DNA of 64,000 nucleotides from the human T2T-CHM13v2.0 reference genome, Homo sapiens. The stretch is taken from NCBI RefSeq assembly GCF_009914755.1, contig NC_060928.1; one strand, 5' to 3'. The notes below the pieces were generated by a model that was given only the letters and a program-made list of their open reading frames with translations, did not search any database and was not told where the DNA came from. The position numbers and the translations under genes are program-made. Of the stretch, positions 1 to 12,158 are shown piece after piece (the stretch's first letter is position 1; every line of letters begins with the position of its first letter).

Positions 1-2192
1 GAAGCTGGAATGCATTTGGAAGAGAAGAACGGTGCTCTTCTTTCTTCCCCGGGCTCGCCGTTTTTACACTGGTTCCTGAATGGACCTCAGGCGCCCTGGG
101 ACTTGTGCTCTTGCTGGAACCCACATAACGCCGGAAGCGGACAGACCGACTTGCCTGTTTCACGGTGCCCGCTTCCCATGAGTCGAAACGGAAAATTTTC
201 CCACGGGCATGTAAGTCATCTGGAAGTAAGCTGTATTGATAATAAAGGAAAGCAAACACAGGAGTGTGTGTATTCAACTGAAATAAATTCAGAAAGCCCT
301 GAAATCAATCTCACTGGGTGTGTTTAAAAATGGCATTTGGGGAATTTCTGGGTCATTTGTCCAGCTGCGAAAGCTGCATCTCTGAAGCACAGTCCCTGTC
401 CCGCAGTGAGACTTATTGATCCGACGTGGTGTTTCCGTGGAAATGATTGTGGGAAATGGCCCCTTCCTTTTCTCTATTTGCTGATTAGACTTCATGGTCC
501 CTTTCTCGTCAGGTACAGTGATCAAAGTTGACCAACCCCAGAGGAAAGCTGCCCAGGGCACAACTCAGGGCTCCGTAGAACCACAGAATCTTGGGCGCAA
601 CCCTGCTCAAGCACCCAAATGTGCATACGAACAGGGTCTCCGTGTGACGTGTGTGAAAACTACAGTGTGATGAGCATGACTGGCAGACAGCTTATCGATT
701 GGGCTCCCCTCAAAATCGGTTATGAGCATTCAAGCACACCGATGCCCAGGTCCCGGCTGCAGGAATAAGACCCTCCAGGGTCTTGTGTGAAGCCTCGGCA
801 TCTGCATTGCTCATGCTTCTGGGGATCATTCTCCTGAAAATGGTGGCTCCTTTCTCCCTGTGGAGCATCTTTCTAAGCAGCGCTCTTTTCTTCCCCCAGG
901 ACACTTTACATCCGGCACAGGAAGCCTTCTGATGGAGCACACCTGGCCCATGAAAAGACAAGGGAAAGAAACGGGGCCAAAGGTCACAGTCCTCTCATCC
1001 CATCATCCTCCTTAAAATCATCCTAATTTCATGGGCCCTGAAGCCAGGGCTGTTTCTTTACACCTAGAGGCCTTGGCGCCGGGCCTCAATTCCGCCCTGT
1101 TCCTTACCGTCTAAGACATGTTGGGAAAATCCCTAGAGCCAGGATCTTCATTCCCGCTAAGCCAGACAGCCGGAAGACACACCCAAATTCTGTCCCTCTT
1201 ACTTCAGGGAACATGTCCACTTTCGGCAGCATTACAATTTTGGCACCAAATGTGCTAACTGCAATTCCACCATACAATGCGTAACTGGAAATGGAGGCAA
1301 CATCTCCGATCCTGAACGATCGATGCGAGAATCCAGGATATGCACGGCTTATTTTGGCCTTTTCCCACTGAAACAAGGGCCAGTATTAAAAATGGCACGC
1401 TATCCTCTGTTTCACTCCCTGCTTTTAAACGTCTCCGATGTTTCTCCCTGAGACAGGGCCTCACTTCCGTCAGCCGGGCTTTTCTACGGTATAATTTTCC
1501 TTGTTTGCTTTTGTCCAAATTAGAACTTTTTATTTCATCTCTAGGAAACGTTGATCCATTATCACATACGTATGGAAATATTATCACACATGCTGTGAGA
1601 TACGTTGTTTTTATTTTCATCAATTCCTTAATAAACAAAAGGTTATAGCTGGGATACCTTCTGAGTTCTCAAGTTTTTTGTTTCGTGTTTTCTTAAACTG
1701 CCGTCGCACGTCCGAAACCGCTCACTATGCAGTGTCATGACCGTCTCTCTTTTCTGGCAAACATAAATTTGGGGATTGTCATCAATTAGTCTCTCGGGGA
1801 TTGCATGATTTCCCCAAAGGCTTTCACAGTCTACTTTGTGCACTGAGTATCTCTTCAAACTTCAGTGCATGTTTCTACCATTTCATGCTTTCTTATTTGG
1901 CAATCTAGCTTCCACAAGAGCATTTCATGCAAAGACTTGTCTTGTTCTCCACTGGCAGGTAATTTCACTCGGACAGAGAATCAATAGGCTCAACGTGGAA
2001 AGGTTATCGCTGGAAGGTCTGTTTGATTCCACGGATCTCTCCTTTCTCACTAGGGAAGAAAATACGCTGTGCTAAATACTATACTTCATTGACTATTCTC
2101 AGGTCAGAAAGCGCACTTTCGACTTCTTGTCCTTCCGTCGCTGAGAGGATGATGGCAGCTGCCAAAAGTACCTACTTGGAGGTTCATCCCAG

Positions 2193-2261
2193 CACAAACA
2201 CACACACACACACGCCCCCCCACACACACACACAAACACACTCACACACACACACGCACAC
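2193..2261. repeat. Imperfect (CA)n tract upstream of USP17L, repeated at +4746n
   Basis: cacaaacacacacacacacacgcccccccacacac...cacgcacac. Confidence 0.95.
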
Positions 2262-2469
2262 GGTTTCCTAGGTAAAGATTTCTTCCCTGCCATTGCTTTA
2301 CCTAAAATAAGGCAACTGTGAGGCCGCTGTCCCAACCCGGTTACACTCCTATTATATGTGCCTATCATCCTGAGGAGTAATTTGATTCAGGTGTTCTGGA
2401 AGTCATGCTGTGGGCTGTGTCTGTTGAATTCCCAGCGATGCCAGGGGACACACCCTGTGACTCCTTCCT

Positions 2470-2560
2470 GAATTGAGTGCTGATATTTGATTGGCTTATC
2501 GCGCACCTGATGAGTGGGTGGGGTGTTCGCGGTTGGTGGGGGTGACTTACAGAAGGGCTG
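2470..2560 (+). promoter_or_regulatory. Putative USP17L proximal promoter, repeated at +4746n
   Basis: Inverted CCAAT box within TGATTGGCTTA (2488-2498) and GT/KLF-type boxes GGGTGGGGTG (~2516) and GGTGGGGGTG (~2535), 120-180 bp upstream of the ATG. No TATA box adjacent to these motifs. Confidence 0.55.
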
Positions 2561-2666
2561 ATGCGGCCAGAGAGCTCGTCATTTGAAGACTCTCTCGGAA
2601 GGGATAGCGTCTTTCTGCAACCTGCGGTCCCAGCAGACAAACCTTGTGATCCTCGTTCCAGTCGAC

Positions 2667-4259
2667 ATGGAGGACGACTCACTCTACTTGGGAGGTGAGT
2701 GGCAGTTCAACCACTTTTCAAAACTCACATCTTCTCGGCCCGATGCAGCTTTTGCTGAAATCCAGCGGACTTCTCTCCCTGAGAAGTCACCACTCTCATG
2801 TGAGACCCGTGTCGACCTCTGTGATGATTTGGCTCCTGTGGCAAGACAGCTTGCTCCCAGGGAGAAGCTTCCTCTGAGTAGCAGGAGACCTGCTGCGGTG
2901 GGGGCTGGGCTCCAGAATATGGGAAATACCTGCTACGTGAACGCTTCCTTGCAGTGCCTGACATACACACCGCCCCTTGCCAACTACATGCTGTCCCGGG
3001 AGCACTCTCAAACGTGTCATCGTCACAAGGGCTGCATGCTCTGTACTATGCAAGCTCACATCACACGGGCCCTCCACAATCCTGGCCACGTCATCCAGCC
3101 CTCACAGGCATTGGCTGCTGGCTTCCATAGAGGCAAGCAGGAAGATGCCCATGAATTTCTCATGTTCACTGTGGATGCCATGAAAAAGGCATGCCTTCCC
3201 GGGCACAAGCAGGTAGATCATCACTCTAAGGACACCACCCTCATCCACCAAATATTTGGAGGCTACTGGAGATCTCAAATCAAGTGTCTCCACTGCCACG
3301 GCATTTCAGACACTTTTGACCCTTACCTGGACATCGCCCTGGATATCCAGGCAGCTCAGAGTGTCCAGCAAGCTTTGGAACAGTTGGTGAAGCCCGAAGA
3401 ACTCAATGGAGAGAATGCCTATCATTGTGGTGTTTGTCTCCAGAGGGCGCCGGCCTCCAAGACGTTAACTTTACACACCTCTGCCAAGGTCCTCATCCTT
3501 GTATTGAAGAGATTCTCCGATGTCACAGGCAACAAGATTGCCAAGAATGTGCAATATCCTGAGTGCCTTGACATGCAGCCATACATGTCTCAGCAGAACA
3601 CAGGACCTCTTGTCTATGTCCTCTATGCTGTGCTGGTCCACGCTGGGTGGAGTTGTCACAACGGACATTACTTCTCTTATGTCAAAGCTCAAGAAGGCCA
3701 GTGGTATAAAATGGATGATGCCGAGGTCACCGCCTCTAGCATCACTTCTGTCCTGAGTCAACAGGCCTACGTCCTCTTTTACATCCAGAAGAGTGAATGG
3801 GAAAGACACAGTGAGAGTGTGTCAAGAGGCAGGGAACCAAGAGCCCTTGGCGCAGAAGACACAGACAGGCGAGCAACGCAAGGAGAGCTCAAGAGAGACC
3901 ACCCCTGCCTCCAGGCCCCCGAGTTGGACGAGCACTTGGTGGAAAGAGCCACTCAGGAAAGCACCTTAGACCACTGGAAATTCCTTCAAGAGCAAAACAA
4001 AACGAAGCCTGAGTTCAACGTCAGAAAAGTCGAAGGTACCCTGCCTCCCGACGTACTTGTGATTCATCAATCAAAATACAAGTGTGGGATGAAGAACCAT
4101 CATCCTGAACAGCAAAGCTCCCTGCTAAACCTCTCTTCGACGACCCCGACACATCAGGAGTCCATGAACACTGGCACACTCGCTTCCCTGCGAGGGAGGG
4201 CCAGGAGATCCAAAGGGAAGAACAAACACAGCAAGAGGGCTCTGCTTGTGTGCCAGTGA
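2667..4259 (+). CDS. USP17L: USP17-like (DUB-3 family) deubiquitinase, 530 aa, intronless, copy 1
   Basis: Starts [17 protein letters not shown] at ATG 2667 (the ORF-track start at 2583 is a TTG). Cys box [19 protein letters not shown], His box GHYFSY, WYKMDD, basic tail ending LLVCQ. Confidence 0.97.
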   Translation: MEDDSLYLGGEWQFNHFSKLTSSRPDAAFAEIQRTSLPEKSPLSCETRVDLCDDLAPVARQLAPREKLPLSSRRPAAVGAGLQNMGNTCYVNASLQCLTYTPPLANYMLSREHSQTCHRHKGCMLCTMQAHITRALHNPGHVIQPSQALAAGFHRGKQEDAHEFLMFTVDAMKKACLPGHKQVDHHSKDTTLIHQIFGGYWRSQIKCLHCHGISDTFDPYLDIALDIQAAQSVQQALEQLVKPEELNGENAYHCGVCLQRAPASKTLTLHTSAKVLILVLKRFSDVTGNKIAKNVQYPECLDMQPYMSQQNTGPLVYVLYAVLVHAGWSCHNGHYFSYVKAQEGQWYKMDDAEVTASSITSVLSQQAYVLFYIQKSEWERHSESVSRGREPRALGAEDTDRRATQGELKRDHPCLQAPELDEHLVERATQESTLDHWKFLQEQNKTKPEFNVRKVEGTLPPDVLVIHQSKYKCGMKNHHPEQQSSLLNLSSTTPTHQESMNTGTLASLRGRARRSKGKNKHSKRALLVCQ

Positions 4260-4293
4260 TCTCAGTGGAAGTACCGACCCACACGTAGGGGTG

Positions 4294-4383
4294 CACACAC
4301 ACACGCACACACACAGACACACACATAACTACACCCAGAAGCGCGCACGTAAACACACACACACCCACACAAACACGAACACC
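4294..4383. repeat. Imperfect (CA)n tract just 3' of the USP17L stop, repeated at +4746n in copies 1-5
   Basis: gtgcacacacacacgcacacacacagacacacacata...cacacacccacacaaacac. Confidence 0.95.
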
Positions 4384-7300
4384 GCCAATCCTACATAAAC
4401 TAATGAGGAGCCCAAGTTTCTGTCTCTACAACAGGGACAACTGGATAGTGATGGCTACATCTCAGGATGAGCCCGCATATGGGAAACATCAAGTTTTGGG
4501 GTCGTGAGTCTTCCGAACCTCTGGAGGGACTGTCTGAGTGTTTGTGTTCATGATAGGCGACATTCAGTGTGTATTTCTGAATATGACCTACCGACGTGTA
4601 GGTTTGCGTGTGAGGTAATTGCAGGGGACTCGGTTTCGTATTTTCTCTTGGGGTGTGTTTCATTCGTCAGTTGTTGGTCGGCATGAGAAGGTGAAAGGTG
4701 GCTCATGTGGGACATCCGTGGATCATTCTCGCCACCTTGAATAGTGGAAGCTGGAATGCATTTGGAAGAGAAGAACGGTGCTCTTCTTTCTTCCCCGGGC
4801 TCGCCGTTTTTACACTGGTTCCTGAATGGACCTCAGGCGCCCTGGGACTTGTGCTCTTGCTGGAACCCACATAACGCCGGAAGCGGACAGACCGACTTGC
4901 CTGTTTCACGGTGCCCGCTTCCCATGAGTCGAAACGGAAGATTTTCCCACGGGCATGTAAGTCATCTGGAAGTAAGCTGTATTGATAATAAAGGAAAGCA
5001 AACACAGGAGTGTGTGTATTCAACTGAAATAAATTCAGAAAGCCCTGAAATCAATCTCACTGGGTGTGTTTAAAAATGGCATTTGGGGAATTTCTGGGTC
5101 ATTTGTCCAGCTGCGAAAGCTGCATCTCTGAAGCACCGTCCCTGTCCCGCAGTGAGACTTATTGATCCGACGTGGTGTTTCCGTGGAAATGATTGTGGGA
5201 AATGGCCCCTTCCTTTTCTCTATTTGCTGATTAGACTTCATGGTCCCTTTCTCGTCAGGTACAGTGATCAAAGTTGACCAACCCCAGAGGAAAGCTGCCC
5301 AGGGCACAACTCAGGGCTCCGTAGAACCACAGAATCTTGGGCGCAACCCTGCTCAAGCACCCAAATGTGCATACGAACAGGGTCTCCGTGTGACGTGTGT
5401 GAAAACTACAGTGTGATGAGCATGACTGGCAGACAGCTTATCGATTGGGCTCCCCTCAAAATCGGTTATGAGCATTCAAGCACACCGATGCCCAGGTCCC
5501 GGCTGCAGGAATAAGACCCTCCAGGGTCTTGTGTGAAGCCTCGGCATCTGCATTGCTCATGCTTCTGGGGATCATTCTCCTGAAAATGGTGGCTCCTTTC
5601 TCCCTGTGGAGCATCTTTCTAAGCAGCGCTCTTTTCTTCCCCCAGGACACTTTACATCCGGCACAGGAAGCCTTCTGATGGAGCACACCTGGCCCATGAA
5701 AAGACAAGGGAAAGAAACGGGGCCAAAGGTCACAGTCCTCTCATCCCATCATCCTCCTTAAAATCATCCTAATTTCATGGGCCCTGAAGCCAGGGCTGTT
5801 TCTTTACACCTAGAGGCCTTGGCGCCGGGCCTCAATTCCGCCCTGTTCCTTACCGTCTAAGACATGTTGGGAAAATCCCTAGAGCCAGGATCTTCATTCC
5901 CGCTAAGCCAGACAGCCGGAAGACACACCCAAATTCTGTCCCTCTTACTTCAGGGAACATGTCCACTTTCGGCAGCATTACAATTTTGGCACCAAATGTG
6001 CTAACTGCAATTCCACCATACAATGCGTAACTGGAAATGGAGGCAACATCTCCGATCCTGAACGATCGATGCGAGAATCCAGGATATGCACGGCTTATTT
6101 TGGCCTTTTCCCACTGAAACAAGGGCCAGTATTAAAAATGGCACGCTATCCTCTGTTTCACTCCCTGCTTTTAAACGTCTCCGATGTTTCTCCCTGAGAC
6201 AGGGCCTCACTTCCGTCAGCCGGGCTTTTCTACGGTATAATTTTCCTTGTTTGCTTTTGTCCAAATTAGAACTTTTTATTTCATCTCTAGGAAACGTTGA
6301 TCCATTATCACATACGTATGGAAATATTATCACACATGCTGTGAGATACGTTGTTTTTATTTTCATCAATTCCTTAATAAACAAAAGGTTATAGCTGGGA
6401 TACCTTCTGAGTTCTCAAGTTTTTTGTTTCGTGTTTTCTTAAACTGCCGTCGCACGTCCGAAACCGCTCACTATGCAGTGTCATGACCGTCTCTCTTTTC
6501 TGGCAAACATAAATTTGGGGATTGTCATCAATTAGTCTCTCGGGGATTGCATGATTTCCCCAAAGGCTTTCACAGTCTACTTTGTGCACTGAGTATCTCT
6601 TCAAACTTCAGTGCATGTTTCTACCATTTCATGCTTTCTTATTTGGCAATCTAGCTTCCACAAGAGCATTTCATGCAAAGACTTGTCTTGTTCTCCACTG
6701 GCAGGTAATTTCACTCGGACAGAGAATCAATAGGCTCAACGTGGAAAGGTTATCGCTGGAAGGTCTGTTTGATTCCACGGATCTCTCCTTTCTCACTAGG
6801 GAAGAAAATACGCTGTGCTAAATACTATACTTCATTGACTATTCTCAGGTCAGAAAGCGCACTTTCGACTTCTTGTCCTTCCGTCGCTGAGAGGATGATG
6901 GTAGCTGCCAAAAGTACCTACTTGGAGGTTCATCCCAGCACAAACACACACACACACACGCCCCCCCACACACACACACAAACACACTCACACACACACA
7001 CGCACACGGTTTCCTAGGTAAAGATTTCTTCCCTGCCATTGCTTTACCTAAAATAAGGCAACTGTGAGGCCGCTGTCCCAACCCGGTTACACTCCTATTA
7101 TATGTGCCTATCATCCTGAGGAGTAATTTGATTCAGGTGTTCTGGAAGTCATGCTGTGGGCTGTGTCTGTTGAATTCCCAGCGATGCCAGGGGACACACC
7201 CTGTGACTCCTTCCTGAATTGAGTGCTGATATTTGATTGGCTTATCGCGCACCTGATGAGTGGGTGGGGTGTTCGCGGTTGGTGGGGGTGACTTACAGAA

Positions 7301-7412
7301 GGGCTGATGCGGCCAGAGAGCTCGTCATTTGAAGACTCTCTCGGAAGGGATAGCGTCTTTCTGCAACCTGCGGTCCCAGCAGACAAACCTTGTGATCCTC
7401 GTTCCAGTCGAC

Positions 7413-9005
7413 ATGGAGGACGACTCACTCTACTTGGGAGGTGAGTGGCAGTTCAACCACTTTTCAAAACTCACATCTTCTCGGCCCGATGCAGCTTTTG
7501 CTGAAATCCAGCGGACTTCTCTCCCTGAGAAGTCACCACTCTCATGTGAGACCCGTGTCGACCTCTGTGACGATTTGGCTCCTGTGGCAAGACAGCTTGC
7601 TCCCAGGGAGAAGCTTCCTCTGAGTAGCAGGAGACCTGCTGCGGTGGGGGCTGGGCTCCAGAATATGGGAAATACCTGCTACGTGAACGCTTCCTTGCAG
7701 TGCCTGACATACACACCGCCCCTTGCCAACTACATGCTGTCCCGGGAGCACTCTCAAACGTGTCATCGTCACAAGGGCTGCATGCTCTGTACTATGCAAG
7801 CTCACATCACACGGGCCCTCCACAATCCTGGCCACGTCATCCAGCCCTCACAGGCATTGGCTGCTGGCTTCCATAGAGGCAAGCAGGAAGATGCCCATGA
7901 ATTTCTCATGTTCACTGTGGATGCCATGAAAAAGGCATGCCTTCCCGGGCACAAGCAGGTAGATCATCACTCTAAGGACACCACCCTCATCCACCAAATA
8001 TTTGGAGGCTACTGGAGATCTCAAATCAAGTGTCTCCACTGCCACGGCATTTCAGACACTTTTGACCCTTACCTGGACATCGCCCTGGATATCCAGGCAG
8101 CTCAGAGTGTCCAGCAAGCTTTGGAACAGTTGGTGAAGCCCGAAGAACTCAATGGAGAGAATGCCTATCATTGTGGTGTTTGTCTCCAGAGGGCGCCGGC
8201 CTCCAAGACGTTAACTTTACACACCTCTGCCAAGGTCCTCATCCTTGTATTGAAGAGATTCTCCGATGTCACAGGCAACAAGATTGCCAAGAATGTGCAA
8301 TATCCTGAGTGCCTTGACATGCAGCCATACATGTCTCAGCAGAACACAGGACCTCTTGTCTATGTCCTCTATGCTGTGCTGGTCCACGCTGGGTGGAGTT
8401 GTCACAACGGACATTACTTCTCTTATGTCAAAGCTCAAGAAGGCCAGTGGTATAAAATGGATGATGCCGAGGTCACCGCCTCTAGCATCACTTCTGTCCT
8501 GAGTCAACAGGCCTACGTCCTCTTTTACATCCAGAAGAGTGAATGGGAAAGACACAGTGAGAGTGTGTCAAGAGGCAGGGAACCAAGAGCCCTTGGCGCA
8601 GAAGACACAGACAGGCGAGCAACGCAAGGAGAGCTCAAGAGAGACCACCCCTGCCTCCAGGCCCCCGAGTTGGACGAGCACTTGGTGGAAAGAGCCACTC
8701 AGGAAAGCACCTTAGACCACTGGAAATTCCTTCAAGAGCAAAACAAAACGAAGCCTGAGTTCAACGTCAGAAAAGTCGAAGGTACCCTGCCTCCCGACGT
8801 ACTTGTGATTCATCAATCAAAATACAAGTGTGGGATGAAGAACCATCATCCTGAACAGCAAAGCTCCCTGCTAAACCTCTCTTCGACGACCCCGACACAT
8901 CAGGAGTCCATGAACACTGGCACACTCGCTTCCCTGCGAGGGAGGGCCAGGAGATCCAAAGGGAAGAACAAACACAGCAAGAGGGCTCTGCTTGTGTGCC
9001 AGTGA
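7413..9005 (+). CDS. USP17L: USP17-like deubiquitinase, 530 aa, copy 2
   Basis: Protein identical to copy 1; one synonymous GAT>GAC change near 7571. Confidence 0.97.
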   Translation: MEDDSLYLGGEWQFNHFSKLTSSRPDAAFAEIQRTSLPEKSPLSCETRVDLCDDLAPVARQLAPREKLPLSSRRPAAVGAGLQNMGNTCYVNASLQCLTYTPPLANYMLSREHSQTCHRHKGCMLCTMQAHITRALHNPGHVIQPSQALAAGFHRGKQEDAHEFLMFTVDAMKKACLPGHKQVDHHSKDTTLIHQIFGGYWRSQIKCLHCHGISDTFDPYLDIALDIQAAQSVQQALEQLVKPEELNGENAYHCGVCLQRAPASKTLTLHTSAKVLILVLKRFSDVTGNKIAKNVQYPECLDMQPYMSQQNTGPLVYVLYAVLVHAGWSCHNGHYFSYVKAQEGQWYKMDDAEVTASSITSVLSQQAYVLFYIQKSEWERHSESVSRGREPRALGAEDTDRRATQGELKRDHPCLQAPELDEHLVERATQESTLDHWKFLQEQNKTKPEFNVRKVEGTLPPDVLVIHQSKYKCGMKNHHPEQQSSLLNLSSTTPTHQESMNTGTLASLRGRARRSKGKNKHSKRALLVCQ

Positions 9006-12000
9006 TCTCAGTGGAAGTACCGACCCACACGTAGGGGTGCACACACACACGCACACACACAGACACACACATAACTACACCCAGAAGCGCGCACGTAAAC
9101 ACACACACACCCACACAAACACGAACACCGCCAATCCTACATAAACTAATGAGGAGCCCAAGTTTCTGTCTCTACAACAGGGACAACTGGATAGTGATGG
9201 CTACATCTCAGGATGAGCCCGCATATGGGAAACATCAAGTTTTGGGGTCGTGAGTCTTCCGAACCTCTGGAGGGACTGTCTGAGTGTTTGTGTTCATGAT
9301 AGGCGACATTCAGTGTGTATTTCTGAATATGACCTACCGACGTGTAGGTTTGCGTGTGAGGTAATTGCAGGGGACTCGGTTTCGTATTTTCTCTTGGGGT
9401 GTGTTTCATTCGTCAGTTGTTGGTCGGCATGAGAAGGTGAAAGGTGGCTCATGTGGGACATCCGTGGATCATTCTCGCCACCTTGAATAGTGGAAGCTGG
9501 AATGCATTTGGAAGAGAAGAACGGTGCTCTTCTTTCTTCCCCGGGCTCGCCGTTTTTACACTGGTTCCTGAATGGACCTCAGGCGCCCTGGGACTTGTGC
9601 TCTTGCTGGAACCCACATAACGCCGGAAGCGGACAGACCGACTTGCCTGTTTCACGGTGCCCGCTTCCCATGAGTCGAAACGGAAGATTTTCCCACGGGC
9701 ATGTAAGTCATCTGGAAGTAAGCTGTATTGATAATAAAGGAAAGCAAACACAGGAGTGTGTGTATTCAACTGAAATAAATTCAGAAAGCCCTGAAATCAA
9801 TCTCACTGGGTGTGTTTAAAAATGGCATTTGGGGAATTTCTGGGTCATTTGTCCAGCTGCGAAAGCTGCATCTCTGAAGCACCGTCCCTGTCCCGCAGTG
9901 AGACTTATTGATCCGACGTGGTGTTTCCGTGGAAATGATTGTGGGAAATGGCCCCTTCCTTTTCTCTATTTGCTGATTAGACTTCATGGTCCCTTTCTCG
10001 TCAGGTACAGTGATCAAAGTTGACCAACCCCAGAGGAAAGCTGCCCAGGGCACAACTCAGGGCTCCGTAGAACCACAGAATCTTGGGCGCAACCCTGCTC
10101 AAGCACCCAAATGTGCATACGAACAGGGTCTCCGTGTGACGTGTGTGAAAACTACAGTGTGATGAGCATGACTGGCAGACAGCTTATCGATTGGGCTCCC
10201 CTCAAAATCGGTTATGAGCATTCAAGCACACCGATGCCCAGGTCCCGGCTGCAGGAATAAGACCCTCCAGGGTCTTGTGTGAAGCCTCGGCATCTGCATT
10301 GCTCATGCTTCTGGGGATCATTCTCCTGAAAATGGTGGCTCCTTTCTCCCTGTGGAGCATCTTTCTAAGCAGCGCTCTTTTCTTCCCCCAGGACACTTTA
10401 CATCCGGCACAGGAAGCCTTCTGATGGAGCACACCTGGCCCATGAAAAGACAAGGGAAAGAAACGGGGCCAAAGGTCACAGTCCTCTCATCCCATCATCC
10501 TCCTTAAAATCATCCTAATTTCATGGGCCCTGAAGCCAGGGCTGTTTCTTTACACCTAGAGGCCTTGGCGCCGGGCCTCAATTCCGCCCTGTTCCTTACC
10601 GTCTAAGACATGTTGGGAAAATCCCTAGAGCCAGGATCTTCATTCCCGCTAAGCCAGACAGCCGGAAGACACACCCAAATTCTGTCCCTCTTACTTCAGG
10701 GAACATGTCCACTTTCGGCAGCATTACAATTTTGGCACCAAATGTGCTAACTGCAATTCCACCATACAATGCGTAACTGGAAATGGAGGCAACATCTCCG
10801 ATCCTGAACGATCGATGCGAGAATCCAGGATATGCACGGCTTATTTTGGCCTTTTCCCACTGAAACAAGGGCCAGTATTAAAAATGGCACGCTATCCTCT
10901 GTTTCACTCCCTGCTTTTAAACGTCTCCGATGTTTCTCCCTGAGACAGGGCCTCACTTCCGTCAGCCGGGCTTTTCTACGGTATAATTTTCCTTGTTTGC
11001 TTTTGTCCAAATTAGAACTTTTTATTTCATCTCTAGGAAACGTTGATCCATTATCACATACGTATGGAAATATTATCACACATGCTGTGAGATACGTTGT
11101 TTTTATTTTCATCAATTCCTTAATAAACAAAAGGTTATAGCTGGGATACCTTCTGAGTTCTCAAGTTTTTTGTTTCGTGTTTTCTTAAACTGCCGTCGCA
11201 CGTCCGAAACCGCTCACTATGCAGTGTCATGACCGTCTCTCTTTTCTGGCAAACATAAATTTGGGGATTGTCATCAATTAGTCTCTCGGGGATTGCATGA
11301 TTTCCCCAAAGGCTTTCACAGTCTACTTTGTGCACTGAGTATCTCTTCAAACTTCAGTGCATGTTTCTACCATTTCATGCTTTCTTATTTGGCAATCTAG
11401 CTTCCACAAGAGCATTTCATGCAAAGACTTGTCTTGTTCTCCACTGGCAGGTAATTTCACTCGGACAGAGAATCAATAGGCTCAACGTGGAAAGGTTATC
11501 GCTGGAAGGTCTGTTTGATTCCACGGATCTCTCCTTTCTCACTAGGGAAGAAAATACGCTGTGCTAAATACTATACTTCATTGACTATTCTCAGGTCAGA
11601 AAGCGCACTTTCGACTTCTTGTCCTTCCGTCGCTGAGAGGATGATGGCAGCTGCCAAAAGTACCTACTTGGAGGTTCATCCCAGCACAAACACACACACA
11701 CACACGCCCCCCCACACACACACACAAACACACTCACACACACACACGCACACGGTTTCCTAGGTAAAGATTTCTTCCCTGCCATTGCTTTACCTAAAAT
11801 AAGGCAACTGTGAGGCCGCTGTCCCAACCCGGTTACACTCCTATTATATGTGCCTATCATCCTGAGGAGTAATTTGATTCAGGTGTTCTGGAAGTCATGC
11901 TGTGGGCTGTGTCTGTTGAATTCCCAGCGATGCCAGGGGACACACCCTGTGACTCCTTCCTGAATTGAGTGCTGATATTTGATTGGCTTATCGCGCACCT

Positions 12001-12158
12001 GATGAGTGGGTGGGGTGTTCGCGGTTGGTGGGGGTGACTTACAGAAGGGCTGATGCGGCCAGAGAGCTCGTCATTTGAAGACTCTCTCGGAAGGGATAGC
12101 GTCTTTCTGCAACCTGCGGTCCCAGCAGACAAACCTTGTGATCCTCGTTCCAGTCGAC

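Noticed and set aside
2583-2666. 558-aa ORF start given by the track
   Set aside because: The start is a TTG; the recognised USP17 N-terminus begins at ATG 2667.
10-2682. Many 60-127 aa ORFs recurring in every unit
   Set aside because: Recurrence simply follows from tandem duplication. They have no recognisable domains, many start at non-ATG codons, and some are translated CA repeats.
2695-2748. Idea that USP17L codons 10-27 are a collapsed intron equivalent to the rodent Dub first intron
   Set aside because: The phase fits, but 48-54 nt is below the normal minimum intron size, and I recall this N-terminal segment being coding in other mammals. Needs an alignment.
4279-4296. Possible CTCF site cacgtaggggtgca
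   Set aside because: Too many mismatches to the core consensus.
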